Below are positions 16,421 to 25,589 of a DNA stretch of 42,257 nucleotides, one piece after another. The stretch is from IMG/VR virus record IMGVR_UViG_3300030433_001529, positions 1 to 42,257 of that record. One strand, given 5' to 3'. The translations under genes and the position numbers were made by a program. How positions within the stretch are numbered: the first letter of the stretch is position 1; every line of letters begins with the position of its first letter. The stretch is from a virus. Lineage: Duplodnaviria; Caudoviricetes. Under the pieces are notes generated by a model. It saw only the letters and a program-made list of their open reading frames with translations. It was not told the DNA's origin and did no database searches.

Positions 16421-17519
16421 GTTGTGAACAACAAAGATCTTTTGTATTTTCGTGGTTAATAACTAGCCATCTTTTTGCAAGCACACCGGCTGATGATTGC
16501 AAAAGATAGTTAAGACTTTTGTGAGGGCTATCAACTAAAATTTTGCGACCATCTATTGATCGAATAAAACCCCTTTCACTTGCCGTTTTAATCGCCGCAA
16601 GTAGTTCCGCCAGACCATCGATAGCAGCCACGAACGCCGCTCTAATCTCCTTACCTTTCTTCTTAGCCTTTGCATCACTTAGTTGTGCATCAAAGGAATG
16701 TCCGATTTTGGCATCACCTGCTCCGTAAAGGAAGGCGTAGGTAACAGTTTTGACATCCCGTCTACTAATTCCGATTTTGTCGGCATTAACTTGGTGAATG
16801 TCTCCGTTAAGGAGGATGTCAGCGTAACGACCTTGATCGTACCTAGCAAGATAGTGAGCAAGCATCCTAAGTTCAATACCTGCAAGATCAGCAGCAACCA
16901 TAACTTGCCCTGGTGTTGGGATAAACAACGCTCTGAATTTTGAGTCACTTGGGACTTGTCCTAAATTTGGGTTTCGGTGTGCGCAGCGGTGAGTGTTTGT
17001 AGCAACAGAACAATAATGGTGGATACGGTTAGCACTCGTACATAGCTTCAGCCATGCGTTTGTGCCTTCCGAGATCATCCCCAATTTCTTCGTAATATCG
17101 AGACACTTTAGAAATAACATAGAAATCTCCGTCCCAATATCCTTTAGGACTACCTCGTCTATGATCGGTTTGCCTGTCGGTGAGAACTGTTTTGGTTTCC
17201 ACTTGTATTTTGTCTGGAGTATCCATGAGATATGATCCCTCGATGTTGGATTGAGTTCTTTTAACCGTGTGAAGGTAGCACCTTCTACATATCCAGCTGG
17301 TCCGTTATTTCTTTTAGGAGTAAATTCCGGTCCTGCAACGTAAGGGTGCTGGTTGCGTAATAATTGATGAGTTTCTTCAAGCTCTGATCGGAGAGACGAT
17401 GCAAGTTTCCATGCAGAGCGTTCATCAAAATACCATCCATGTTGTTGCTGTTGTGTGAGAATTGTGTGAACTTGGTGCTCTAACGCAACCCAAGAAGGTA
17501 GGGGTGGAAATGGTCGCAT
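16254..17519 (-). CDS. Family A DNA polymerase, polymerase domain (second frame of a split gene)
   Basis: 'LEHQV', motif A 'ADLAGIELRMLAHY', motif B 'RRDVKTVTYAFLYG' (Tyr at E. coli Pol I 762 position), motif C 'FVHDELQ'; first plausible ATG at 17519. Confidence 0.93.
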   Translation of the reverse strand: MRPFPPLPSWVALEHQVHTILTQQQQHGWYFDERSAWKLASSLRSELEETHQLLRNQHPYVAGPEFTPKRNNGPAGYVEGATFTRLKELNPTSRDHISWILQTKYKWKPKQFSPTGKPIIDEVVLKDIGTEISMLFLKCLDITKKLGMISEGTNAWLKLCTSANRIHHYCSVATNTHRCAHRNPNLGQVPSDSKFRALFIPTPGQVMVAADLAGIELRMLAHYLARYDQGRYADILLNGDIHQVNADKIGISRRDVKTVTYAFLYGAGDAKIGHSFDAQLSDAKAKKKGKEIRAAFVAAIDGLAELLAAIKTASERGFIRSIDGRKILVDSPHKSLNYLLQSSAGVLAKRWLVINHENTKDLCCSQLAFVHDELQFESTPEHAEQLSTSLVQSAVKAGEYYNLRIPISADAKQGKSWAETH

Positions 17520-17995
17520 AGTTTGACTGTTACAAGAACGTCTTGAATACAATAATCTTGCATTTCTTGACTCCATTCTTTCCAATCGGTATCTTTACCG
17601 AAAGAACCTTTGTATTCACCAAGTCTGTAGCCGTAGCTTTCTAAACTATGCCGACCGTAAAGTTGCAGCGGCATGTTTTTCCACTCATTCTTTTTGTCGA
17701 TGTCTATCATGTTGTTGTGATAGAGCCGAGACAAAAGCAAAGTGTCTACAACCAGGGAGGTTGGTGAGAACCACGGGTAAATTTTTTGGAGACAAGGTAA
17801 GTCATACCCAATGACGTTATGACCCGCGATGATGTCTGCGTCTTCCAGACGTTGCACCCCACGCGTAATTGGTTCAGCATTGCCTTGATCGTTGTAGACA
17901 AGTGTTTGGTCAGTGTCGCTGTCATAGATAGCCAGACAGTGGATTTCGCTAACATCATCGAGTAAACCGTTTGATTCTAGGTCAAAAATTAACAT
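17480..17995 (-). CDS. Family A DNA polymerase, 3'-5' exonuclease domain (first frame of a split gene)
   Basis: ExoI 'FDLESNG', ExoII 'GHNVIGYD', 'HSLESYG', ExoIII 'YCIQDV'; stops at 17480. Confidence 0.92.
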   Translation of the reverse strand: MLIFDLESNGLLDDVSEIHCLAIYDSDTDQTLVYNDQGNAEPITRGVQRLEDADIIAGHNVIGYDLPCLQKIYPWFSPTSLVVDTLLLSRLYHNNMIDIDKKNEWKNMPLQLYGRHSLESYGYRLGEYKGSFGKDTDWKEWSQEMQDYCIQDVLVTVKLCDHFHPYLLGLR

Positions 17996-18080
17996 CGTTC
18001 CAATGGCGAATAACGCCAGCGCAGATGAACATGTTGGTTATTAAGATAAATCCATCAATCAGGATTAACTTAGCGACCAT
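17982..18080 (-). CDS. 32-aa hydrophobic micropeptide (MVAKLILIDGFILITNMFICAGVIRHWNDVNF)
   Basis: Hand-translated; single TM-like segment; overlaps both neighbours and fills the primase-polymerase gap. Confidence 0.5.
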   Translation of the reverse strand: MVAKLILIDGFILITNMFICAGVIRHWNDVNF

Positions 18081-18201
18081 TCCAGCGGTAGGTCTTGTCT
18101 TTAAATTGCGCTTTTTCAACTGCCTGAGGCGTTGGAGGGTTAGGACGCTTTAGTTCAGAAGTCTGTGTTGGGGTTAAATTCTTGTTCGGATTCAGTTTCA
18201 T
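18070..18201 (-). CDS. 43-aa small protein (MKLNPNK...KRPNPPTPQAVEKAQFKDKTYRWNGR)
   Basis: Hand-translated; overlaps the primase 3' end and fills the gap. Confidence 0.5.
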   Translation of the reverse strand: MKLNPNKNLTPTQTSELKRPNPPTPQAVEKAQFKDKTYRWNGR

Positions 18202-19780
18202 TAAATTTACAGGTGGCTAAATCATATGAAAGTGTGCAAGCTACGCCAACTTCGCCAGAATAGCGATTTTTAAGGACTCTAACTGTCGTATCACTTCCAT
18301 TTTTGTCGGATTGTTGATTGCGTTCCAGTCCGATGACTGCGTCGCTAAGTTGAGCAATTGCAGCAGATCCGCGCAATTGTCCGAGAGTAACTCTTGCTCC
18401 TTCTTCATGGTTTTTATCTTGTGTAGTACGTCGTAAGTGACTAACAAGAAACAATGAAATACCTGTACGTTCAACTAGTGAACGAAGGCGCGTCATTGTG
18501 GTGTCAATCATTTTACGTTCGTCGCCGTCAAGACCACTGAGCAAAATAGACAAGTGATCAAGGAAAACAACACGGGTTTCAAGACCGCTTGCCAAATACT
18601 CAATCCTTTCGTAAATCGTATCGGGGTCATAAGAACCGAAACCTTCAAATAAATGCAGGTCCCACTTCGCAATACTGTCTTCAAAGATGTCTACAAGATC
18701 TTTATGCTTGTGTTCACCAATGTGCAGAGATTTGCCAGCGTGAACTGACATCAAACCTAAGGCTGTACGACGGTTGGATTCTTCCAATGCCAAGTAACCG
18801 ACCCGTTCTCCTTTACAACAAAGGTCAGTTGCAAGTTCACGACAGAAGCTTGATTTACCGATGCCAGATCCTGCAGTGATAGTAACAAGTTCTCCATACC
18901 TGATCCCGTGAAGCTTTGTTTGTAATCCTTGAAACGGGTAGTCATGGTCAGCTGCTGGTGATGGTGTGGTTACAACTTCAAGCAGAGTTTTTGCATCGAC
19001 AATACCATCAGGTTTGTACAATTCATGATCGTAGTTACAAACTGCGCGGATAGCTTCCGTATCGTCAGCTTGTAAAGCTTCTGAGGCGTCCTTATAACGC
19101 TCTAGAAAGCCGATGAAAACCTTTCCAGGTGGCAATACACCTGCAGCTGTTTTTGCAGCCTCTCTGCCTGCTTTGTCGTTATCAAAGAACAGAACAATTT
19201 TGTCGTAGTAATTGATCCATTCGTAGTTATTTTGGATACATTTTTTGGCCGCGGCAGCACCATTGCTGATACTGACAACGTCCCAGTTGGGTTGTGCTTC
19301 CCAGACTGACATTGCATCCATTTCGCCTTCAGTAATGACGAGTTTCTGCGCTTTCTTTGTCGTTTTGTGACGAAAGTTTTGCATACCAAAGAGTGATTTG
19401 ACTTCACCTTCGGTCCTGAACTCCTTACCTACGGTTCGGACTTTAGCCCCAGTAAGTATTCCATCCACGTCATAATAATAGTGACGAAGAATGGTTCCTT
19501 CTTTGTAGGTTTTGAAGAACTCTGCTGTTTTTTCACTGATTTTACGGGATGATAATCGGACAGCAGAACCTGTCAGTTTTACGTCGGTGGACATTTTGTG
19601 ATTTTGAAAGACCTCTATGCCTAACGGTGAAGTATGGTGCCCACAACGAAAGCAATGTGTATGTCCGTCTGAATACAAACTATTTGCATCAGACGAACCA
19701 CATTCCTGACATTCAAGATGCCTTACGAATTCGGATTCTCCATTAACCATTTGAGTGGAATGTTGGCGTAAGAAGTCCAT
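18155..19780 (-). CDS. Primase-helicase (T7 gp4-like)
   Basis: Zn finger CxxC...CxxC, TOPRIM 'ITEGEMDA'/'FDNDKAG', Walker A 'AGSGIGKS', 'LDHLSIL', 'LRGSAAIAQLSD', 'KNRYSG'; likely start at MVNGESEF. Confidence 0.96.
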   Translation of the reverse strand: MDFLRQHSTQMVNGESEFVRHLECQECGSSDANSLYSDGHTHCFRCGHHTSPLGIEVFQNHKMSTDVKLTGSAVRLSSRKISEKTAEFFKTYKEGTILRHYYYDVDGILTGAKVRTVGKEFRTEGEVKSLFGMQNFRHKTTKKAQKLVITEGEMDAMSVWEAQPNWDVVSISNGAAAAKKCIQNNYEWINYYDKIVLFFDNDKAGREAAKTAAGVLPPGKVFIGFLERYKDASEALQADDTEAIRAVCNYDHELYKPDGIVDAKTLLEVVTTPSPAADHDYPFQGLQTKLHGIRYGELVTITAGSGIGKSSFCRELATDLCCKGERVGYLALEESNRRTALGLMSVHAGKSLHIGEHKHKDLVDIFEDSIAKWDLHLFEGFGSYDPDTIYERIEYLASGLETRVVFLDHLSILLSGLDGDERKMIDTTMTRLRSLVERTGISLFLVSHLRRTTQDKNHEEGARVTLGQLRGSAAIAQLSDAVIGLERNQQSDKNGSDTTVRVLKNRYSGEVGVACTLSYDLATCKFNETESEQEFNPNTDF

Positions 19781-20091
19781 GGGATTCCAAGGCGTTCGCA
19801 GAACTTTGCGTAGGTGGTCTTAGATTTTTTGGAGATTGTGTTGAAAGGAGACTGAAATACCATGCGCAGATCTAGGTCAGGGTTTTGTTCCTTGACCGCT
19901 TTGATCTTGCGACGGTCTGCTGCATCCCAATACCCTTTACATTCCAGATGCACACCGTTTGGCAGTATAAAATCTGGGCAGTACTTATGGGAAATGGTGT
20001 AATCAACCTTGACGCTTTCGTACTCGTACTTGACATCAAGGTTGACCAGCAGATCAGCTACCTTTTCCTCCAATTTGGAGCGAAAAGCCAT
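19723..20091 (-). CDS. Endonuclease I / Holliday junction resolvase (T7 gp3-like)
   Basis: 'FRSKLEEKVA', 'YCPDFILPNG..LECKG'. Confidence 0.95.
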   Translation of the reverse strand: MAFRSKLEEKVADLLVNLDVKYEYESVKVDYTISHKYCPDFILPNGVHLECKGYWDAADRRKIKAVKEQNPDLDLRMVFQSPFNTISKKSKTTYAKFCERLGIPWTSYANIPLKWLMENPNS

Positions 20092-20663
20092 CAGAAATCA
20101 GAAGCAGCTTCAGTTTCGGGTTCATCAGCAATGACGTTGGGTTGAGTCGCCTTGTAACCCTTGGTCGTGCCAAAGATTTCAGCCACATCATCCTCGCTCA
20201 AGTCACCGACATCAACGCCAGCACCGCCGTTAAGTGAAATAATTTGAATCCCTTTGATGTAAAGCTTGGTGCCAGTGGTGGTGCCATTGGGCAGAGTGTA
20301 GCCACCATGTTGGAAAGCAACACGAACGGTGCTTCCAGACCACAGCGGGATGTCAGGATCAGTGACAGCAGTGCCTTCAGTATCGACGACACCAGGCTTG
20401 TTTTTGACATCCCAACGGAACTTGAGCAGATACTTACCATCTGCAACTTCTTCCCAGGGCTCGGGGTTGACCACCTTGCGCCGTGGGTTTTTCATTTGAG
20501 ACTCTTGGTATTTAAGTTCATCGACTCGCTCTTTTTCAAGCTTTTCAATCAGGCTTGCGTCAGAGCAAAGGATGCCCATGCTGTACCCGTATTCACTGGG
20601 CTTCAGGATGGCTTGGTAACCTTCCAGTTGAACTGGTTCGGTTTTGTGAATCGTGCGGGCCAT
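20091..20663 (-). CDS. Single-stranded DNA-binding protein (T7 gp2.5-like)
   Basis: Position after RNAP; 'LWSGSTVRVAF', 'GIQIISL', acidic tail ending in DF. Confidence 0.85.
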   Translation of the reverse strand: MARTIHKTEPVQLEGYQAILKPSEYGYSMGILCSDASLIEKLEKERVDELKYQESQMKNPRRKVVNPEPWEEVADGKYLLKFRWDVKNKPGVVDTEGTAVTDPDIPLWSGSTVRVAFQHGGYTLPNGTTTGTKLYIKGIQIISLNGGAGVDVGDLSEDDVAEIFGTTKGYKATQPNVIADEPETEAASDF

Positions 20664-23002
20664 TAACAAAAAAAGTAGGTGGAGTCAATCACGCGTGACG
20701 GTTCAAGGTCACCAATGATTGGTGGATCTGTTTCTGCGCCAATCTGCATGGCAAAAGTTTTTAGGTACTCTTGCTCCGCAAATAAATGCATGTATGTTTC
20801 ACGAACAATGGTTGATAAAACAGACATGTCAGTAGCACGACAAAGTACCGAGTCGTGTATGAGGGAAATCGGAGCGTTGAAGCGTAATGCAGATAAGCAC
20901 AGTAGTGAGGCATCGAGAGAATGAATTAAGTTTGGAGCAGTTGCGTTTTTATGATGTAATTTATCTACCTTGTCACTATCTTCTGTAGCGACATTGATTT
21001 TACATCGACCCAAAAGAATCAATTTGACTTCTTGGGTTTGTTTCTTCATAAGACGCTGGCTGACAATAAAACCTGATGGTGTTGACCAAACAAGTTTTTC
21101 AGCACCACGATCAATGGCGGCAGCTACTTCTTTTTCAATCCATCTCATGACTTTCATTGGACCAGGGACGACGACATCCATGGCATTACGTACAGCTTTA
21201 ACTGTTACGTTCAAGTCATCTTTTTCAACCTCAACCCCTTTGTCTTTTAAAGCTTCACGAATGTAAGCTCTATTACTAAAAGGTCTTGAGTTATACGGTA
21301 TAGTCATCACTGATCTTTTTGTAACCTTACGATCCATGTGCTGTTTAATACAGTCAGGAACGTTTGGTTTGGCTTGCTCAGCAATAACTTTGTAGGCATC
21401 CTGTGGTTTGTCACTTGGTAAGACATTGACCAGTTTTGCTGTTGATGCATCTTTTGCAAGACCTGCAAGGATTTGCAGACCACTGCATGTAGCATCAGTT
21501 GCAACAGGTAAGCCTGTGTGTTGACGAGTGCAAGAGATAACGCAAGCGTTGTACTCTTCACAGGCAGCAAGAAACTGCCAGGGTTCGTCAGCTGCTTCCC
21601 ATTCGGATAGGTTACCGATGGGATCTTCTGCAATACGTTTGATGAGTGTGATGTTGTTAGTCACCCACTCCAAACGCTCTTGCATGGTTGACTTGTCTAG
21701 CCCGTAAGTGGTCGCAACTTGGAATGCCAACCATTCTTCAGCTTCAGGAGTGACGAATGATTCTTTATAGAACCTAAGAAGACTCTTACCAAAGTCTGTG
21801 TCTTGGGGTGTCAAGAAAGCAGGTATTGGATAGACCCTCGATCTGTAGTCAAATGACCACGGAATGAAGAACTTCTTGTGTTTTTTAAAGATCTTGACAG
21901 CGTTCATGGTCATGCGGGTTCGACATGACTTCTGAAATGCTTGGGCATTGAGGTTGCAAACCTCTGCTGCGTCCCTTCGATATTGCTTACGTGACTCCGC
22001 ATTTTCAGCGATGTCTACGGGCTTAGGAGGCAGTGGAACTTCGACAATAGGGATGAACTTCCCAACGCTTATCCGCCGTTCTTGTAGCGTCTCTGCGACA
22101 TCTACAATGAATGGGTTCAAGCAGTGGGCGACCTTCTGAATCTTGTTCAGGAAGTCATAGCAGTTGCTTCCCTGTATAAGGGTGCTATCGCCCCGACGTA
22201 CCATGTCGTGACCCTTCATGATCTCGTTTAGCAGGTAACCACCCTGCCGTTCTGGTGTCCAGTCATTGGGTTCAATGAGCATGGGCCAGGCAATAGGGCT
22301 GAATAGCTCAGCCGTTGCCATGACCGCATCCTTCACCTCCATGAATTCGGGAGAAGGGACCACATAGTTATGTGTTTTACGTCCCTCCCTACGTACATCA
22401 CGGATAAACCATTGACTTGCTTCGCAGATACAATCCAGTAACCAGCTACCAAGCTTGATTCGATTGGCAATGCCCCACGCCTTCCAATGTTCCACGTCCA
22501 TGCGGTTCATTAGAGTGCGAATGACGACAACCTTTTGATGGGTGCCGATGGACTTGTGCCAATAGTTTTTAGTTAACGTGTTGAATAAACCGGGAACACT
22601 ACTTTCGTAGTACCGCATCATGCATTCGTTTTCGACTGCCTGACCGATTGCATCAGTGACGTTCTGAACTAAGTTTGACTTAGGCTTGGTGCTGAATACC
22701 TTGTCGAAGGTAACTTTGCAGGCAATAGCTGAGACATCTTCAGCGGTTACATGTTCAAGAAACTGGTTGATCTCTTTAAACGCGTAACCGATCTTACCTT
22801 CCTTTATCCGGTTGGTAGTTTGCTGAACACGTCCCACAACAGCAGGCATAAGCTGCTCAATAGAAGCAACTCCGTATACAGAAGCACTTGCATAGTCTTT
22901 GTCTTCAAGTTTGTAGGTGTTTTCTCTTAATTGCTGTTGACCTAAACGGATTTGTTCCCGTTCAAGTTCGATTTGTTCAGCAATTTCAGAAGGTGTCGGC
23001 AA
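20663..23002 (-). CDS. Single-subunit phage RNA polymerase (T7 gp1-like)
   Basis: 'FDYRSRVY', 'DATCSGLQ', 'RKVTKRSVMTIPY', 'APNLIHSLDAS', 'IHDS'. Confidence 0.98.
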   Translation of the reverse strand: MPTPSEIAEQIELEREQIRLGQQQLRENTYKLEDKDYASASVYGVASIEQLMPAVVGRVQQTTNRIKEGKIGYAFKEINQFLEHVTAEDVSAIACKVTFDKVFSTKPKSNLVQNVTDAIGQAVENECMMRYYESSVPGLFNTLTKNYWHKSIGTHQKVVVIRTLMNRMDVEHWKAWGIANRIKLGSWLLDCICEASQWFIRDVRREGRKTHNYVVPSPEFMEVKDAVMATAELFSPIAWPMLIEPNDWTPERQGGYLLNEIMKGHDMVRRGDSTLIQGSNCYDFLNKIQKVAHCLNPFIVDVAETLQERRISVGKFIPIVEVPLPPKPVDIAENAESRKQYRRDAAEVCNLNAQAFQKSCRTRMTMNAVKIFKKHKKFFIPWSFDYRSRVYPIPAFLTPQDTDFGKSLLRFYKESFVTPEAEEWLAFQVATTYGLDKSTMQERLEWVTNNITLIKRIAEDPIGNLSEWEAADEPWQFLAACEEYNACVISCTRQHTGLPVATDATCSGLQILAGLAKDASTAKLVNVLPSDKPQDAYKVIAEQAKPNVPDCIKQHMDRKVTKRSVMTIPYNSRPFSNRAYIREALKDKGVEVEKDDLNVTVKAVRNAMDVVVPGPMKVMRWIEKEVAAAIDRGAEKLVWSTPSGFIVSQRLMKKQTQEVKLILLGRCKINVATEDSDKVDKLHHKNATAPNLIHSLDASLLCLSALRFNAPISLIHDSVLCRATDMSVLSTIVRETYMHLFAEQEYLKTFAMQIGAETDPPIIGDLEPSRVIDSTYFFC

Positions 23003-23123
23003 TGGATTCGTCTAAGTATTTAACTTGATGCATGTCATCAATCTGTTCTGACATGAGTTGAATAAGTTCGTCCCTGTGTGGGTGATTGTTAATCTCCATA
23101 CAAAGGCTTTCGTATTCACTCAT
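22986..23123 (-). CDS. Small hypothetical protein (MSEYESLCMEINNHPHRDELIQLM...)
   Basis: Coupled ORF upstream of RNAP; start re-assigned inside track ORF 22986..23192. Confidence 0.55.
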   Translation of the reverse strand: MSEYESLCMEINNHPHRDELIQLMSEQIDDMHQVKYLDESIADTF

Positions 23124-23625
23124 CGTCATCTTCGTCTTCATCCAGCATTTCCGGGTGGACATAGTAGACAGCTTCATCTGAGCAAATAACAAGTTCGTGT
23201 GTTTTGGCTTTTAGTAGTTCCCTGATTCGATTCTCAGCAGCAGAAGTTCGTTTGTAGACAAACTCTTTAACTTTGTGAGATTCGATGTCAGTTGCTCTAA
23301 TCACACAAGCCACATCGTGGTTTAGTTCCCACCCTGCTACTTTCCATTCCATTATGTCTTCATAAGAAATGGACTCAAACTCACTGGCTGGAATGTCCTT
23401 TAACTTCTTCCATTTATTTGGGAAGTACCCTTTTTTACCACTCATTAGTTGTACGTCGTAAAGTCTAAGACCAAGCTTATTGGACAATTCCAAAGCACAC
23501 CATGCGGCGTCTTCATCATTGGCAGCGAGAATGTATTGAGTCCCGCTGCTAAGTCTTACTGCGTACTGTCGAAGGCTTCCGCTTTCGTCGAGTGGTTGGC
23601 TGTTTTTGTTGTACATAACTTTCAC
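23116..23625 (-). CDS. Hypothetical early protein(s); may be two in-frame genes (second start MSGKKGYFPNKW)
   Basis: 169-aa ORF in the coupled cluster upstream of RNAP. Confidence 0.6.
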   Translation of the reverse strand: MKVMYNKNSQPLDESGSLRQYAVRLSSGTQYILAANDEDAAWCALELSNKLGLRLYDVQLMSGKKGYFPNKWKKLKDIPASEFESISYEDIMEWKVAGWELNHDVACVIRATDIESHKVKEFVYKRTSAAENRIRELLKAKTHELVICSDEAVYYVHPEMLDEDEDDDE

Positions 23626-23743
23626 GTTTAGCTAATTCTTCATACTTTTCCCTCCAAGGATGTTGTTTGAAGTAGTACAACCAGCAATAGATGGCATTGC
23701 GGATGTACCAGTCATCGTCTTTTGTTGGTTTGGGCTCGTCCAT
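23549..23743 (-). CDS. Small hypothetical early protein
   Basis: 64-aa ORF, aromatic-rich, on the coding strand. Confidence 0.5.
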   Translation of the reverse strand: MDEPKPTKDDDWYIRNAIYCWLYYFKQHPWREKYEELAKRESYVQQKQPTTRRKRKPSTVRSKT

Positions 23744-23915
23744 GTGATGAGTCTGAATATTTGGTTGTCGAGTTACTTCATGAACAAGGGTGAACCTCGT
23801 CCACGGGCAATAATATAGCGGTTTTCACCGTGAAGTTGTCTCCACTTAATAATCACTTCAGATTTCAATTGTGTAGCGTAAATGACATTTAGTTTTGTAA
23901 ACTCTAACTTGACAC

Positions 23916-23939
23916 AAAAAAAGAGCCCCGAAGGGCCCT
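23916..23939 (-). terminator. Intrinsic terminator closing the early region
   Basis: Minus strand GGGCCC-TTCG-GGGCTC-TTTTTTT. Confidence 0.88.
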
Positions 23940-24057
23940 GAAGTGTGTGTTCGTGATGCAGCCGCTCACGCGCTGACACTGCTCTGGCGGTCACGTCCGC
24001 GAGTAACGCATGAAGCGGAGTTAAGTTTGCATAGGTTGGGATTTCTCCCGGTCTATG

Positions 24058-24273
24058 TTAGCGAGATTTGCAGAACTCCGGGAGGTTGACTTGACGACGC
24101 CTTAGGGTTTGCTCCGTGGTCTTGCGCCATCTGACTTGATACCACGTCCGCGTTTCGATCAACGTCAGGACGTGCCAAGCTTCATCCTCTGTTGTTACGT
24201 AGACCTTGTCGGTCCATTTCTGCGTCGCATCTTTACGGGTCTGAATGACCCAGCAGGGATCAGCTTTTGCCAT
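24058..24273 (-). CDS. Hypothetical early protein
   Basis: 71-aa ATG ORF on the coding strand. Confidence 0.55.
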   Translation of the reverse strand: MAKADPCWVIQTRKDATQKWTDKVYVTTEDEAWHVLTLIETRTWYQVRWRKTTEQTLRRRQVNLPEFCKSR

Positions 24274-24381
24274 GGTTCTGAAGAAATAGAAGAGACAGGC
24301 CTAGACAAAGGAAGAAGAGCGCCAGCCATGGGCTGACAGTACATGCTGCAGCGGACAAAAACAGTAGCGGAAAAAGCAAAG

Positions 24382-24738
24382 TCACTTTTTCTTCTCCTTT
24401 TCTTCAACTTCAACATGTTGCCCGATCAGCGTGGTGCGGTGCTCTGTGCAGGCGTAGCGGTTGTGAAGGACGACCTTGCCGTCGAACTTGTCTAGGTCCA
24501 TGGGTTGCCTTGACGCTATCAAGTTCGATTCCCACTCGTTCATAGCTCCTGAGATCTTTAAGAGCTTGTACATGTACGGACAGTCGTCGTCGTCGTCATC
24601 GCACCATTCCATGCACACGTCCCCGAGTAACTCGATCAGTGCGCGGATGGTCTGGTCGTTGTCGTCCAACCATTGCCCGTAGTTCAGCAGACGCTGAGCA
24701 CGGAAGAACTGGCTTTTGTGTGGTGTGGTCACGATCAA
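24382..24738 (-). CDS. Hypothetical early protein with acidic patch
   Basis: 118-aa ORF, TTG start overlapping the upstream stop. Confidence 0.55.
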   Translation of the reverse strand: MIVTTPHKSQFFRAQRLLNYGQWLDDNDQTIRALIELLGDVCMEWCDDDDDDCPYMYKLLKISGAMNEWESNLIASRQPMDLDKFDGKVVLHNRYACTEHRTTLIGQHVEVEEKEKKK

Positions 24739-24893
24739 GTGGTGATGGTTTTTGCGTCTTTGAGTCTGGTGCGCAGCTTGAAAGCTGGTTCAAACTTTGG
24801 ATCGTCGAAGCTGAGGCTTTTTAGTTGGTCCTCCAGGAGCAGCACAAGGGAATCGCGCTGCTCTGGTGACAGGTTGGGGCGGACGTACTTCAT
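24735..24893 (-). CDS. 52-aa early protein (MKYVRPNLSPEQRDSLVLLLEDQL...)
   Basis: Hand-translated; TAATG coupling to the upstream gene. Confidence 0.55.
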   Translation of the reverse strand: MKYVRPNLSPEQRDSLVLLLEDQLKSLSFDDPKFEPAFKLRTRLKDAKTITT

Positions 24894-25105
24894 TAATTGT
24901 CAAAAACAAAACGATCGTTTGCGTCCTTGCTTTGGACGTACGTCAAGGCACCCCTCCAGTAGACATCTGTAGATTCGAGTTTGTGCCGTGCCATGGCGGC
25001 GGTCTCGGCTGCGATGATGTGTTGTTCGCTGCAAGCCTCCTGAAAGAATGTGTGGAGGATTGGCCAGGTTGCGGGCTCGCCCGTGCTGGTGTGCATCTTT
25101 GTCAT
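24893..25105 (-). CDS. Hypothetical early protein (MTKMHTSTG...)
   Basis: Start re-assigned to ATG 25105 behind an A/C-rich leader. Confidence 0.55.
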   Translation of the reverse strand: MTKMHTSTGEPATWPILHTFFQEACSEQHIIAAETAAMARHKLESTDVYWRGALTYVQSKDANDRFVFDN

Positions 25106-25126
25106 GAGTGGTGGGTCTGTGGATTG

Positions 25127-25213
25127 TTGACCGCAAGGGTCAAGAGCAGGGAACCGGATTTGATCCGGCAGCATCACGCTAAGCGAGCGCAGTGAGCGCC
25201 TTGTGTCCCTGCT
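25127..25213 (-). ncRNA. tRNA-like element 3 plus downstream hairpin
   Basis: GCAGGGA...GCCGG-ATCAAAT-CCGGT-TCCCTGC (7-bp closing stem stacked on 5-bp T-arm), then TTGACC...GGTCAA hairpin. Confidence 0.5.
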
Positions 25214-25271
25214 GTTGAGTCAATTATGGTTTCAGGTGGTGGTGATGGTTCCGTGTGGTTGTGATGTGTGT

Positions 25272-25331
25272 TGCCCATAAGGGCCATGCCTGGCCAGGGA
25301 ATCGAACCCCGGCAACAACCATTCAGGCGGT
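25272..25331 (-). ncRNA. tRNA-like element 2 plus downstream hairpin
   Basis: ACC-GCCTG-AATGGTTGTT-GCCGGGG-TTCGATT-CCCTGGC-CAGGC-AT, then GCCC-TTAT-GGGC. Confidence 0.6.
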
Positions 25332-25556
25332 ATGTGCGGTTGATTTAATCCCGCAGTGGTTCACAACCAACTGCCGATAAATCTCCCTGGCGTTATTGCC
25401 CAGATGACGCGGTTCTTCCGATTGATACGCCCCAGGCCTGAAACCCATTCGCTCGAGCTGTCCAAGCTTTGCGTAAAGCTCACAGCCCTGTCCCCCGTGC
25501 CAGCTCCCAGCAAACGCCCAATGAGCAAGACAAATGTCGAAACGATCGAAATACAT
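25323..25556 (-). CDS. Hypothetical early protein (MYFDRFDIC...)
   Basis: 77-aa ATG ORF with A/C-rich leader. Confidence 0.65.
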   Translation of the reverse strand: MYFDRFDICLAHWAFAGSWHGGQGCELYAKLGQLERMGFRPGAYQSEEPRHLGNNAREIYRQLVVNHCGIKSTAHTA

Positions 25557-25589
25557 GGTCTTAGTGGTGTGTGTTCGTGGTGGTGGTGA

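Noticed and set aside
20091-23002. Integrase/attP as in some cyanopodoviruses
   Set aside because: RNAP is directly followed by SSB; no tyrosine recombinase motif in any ORF
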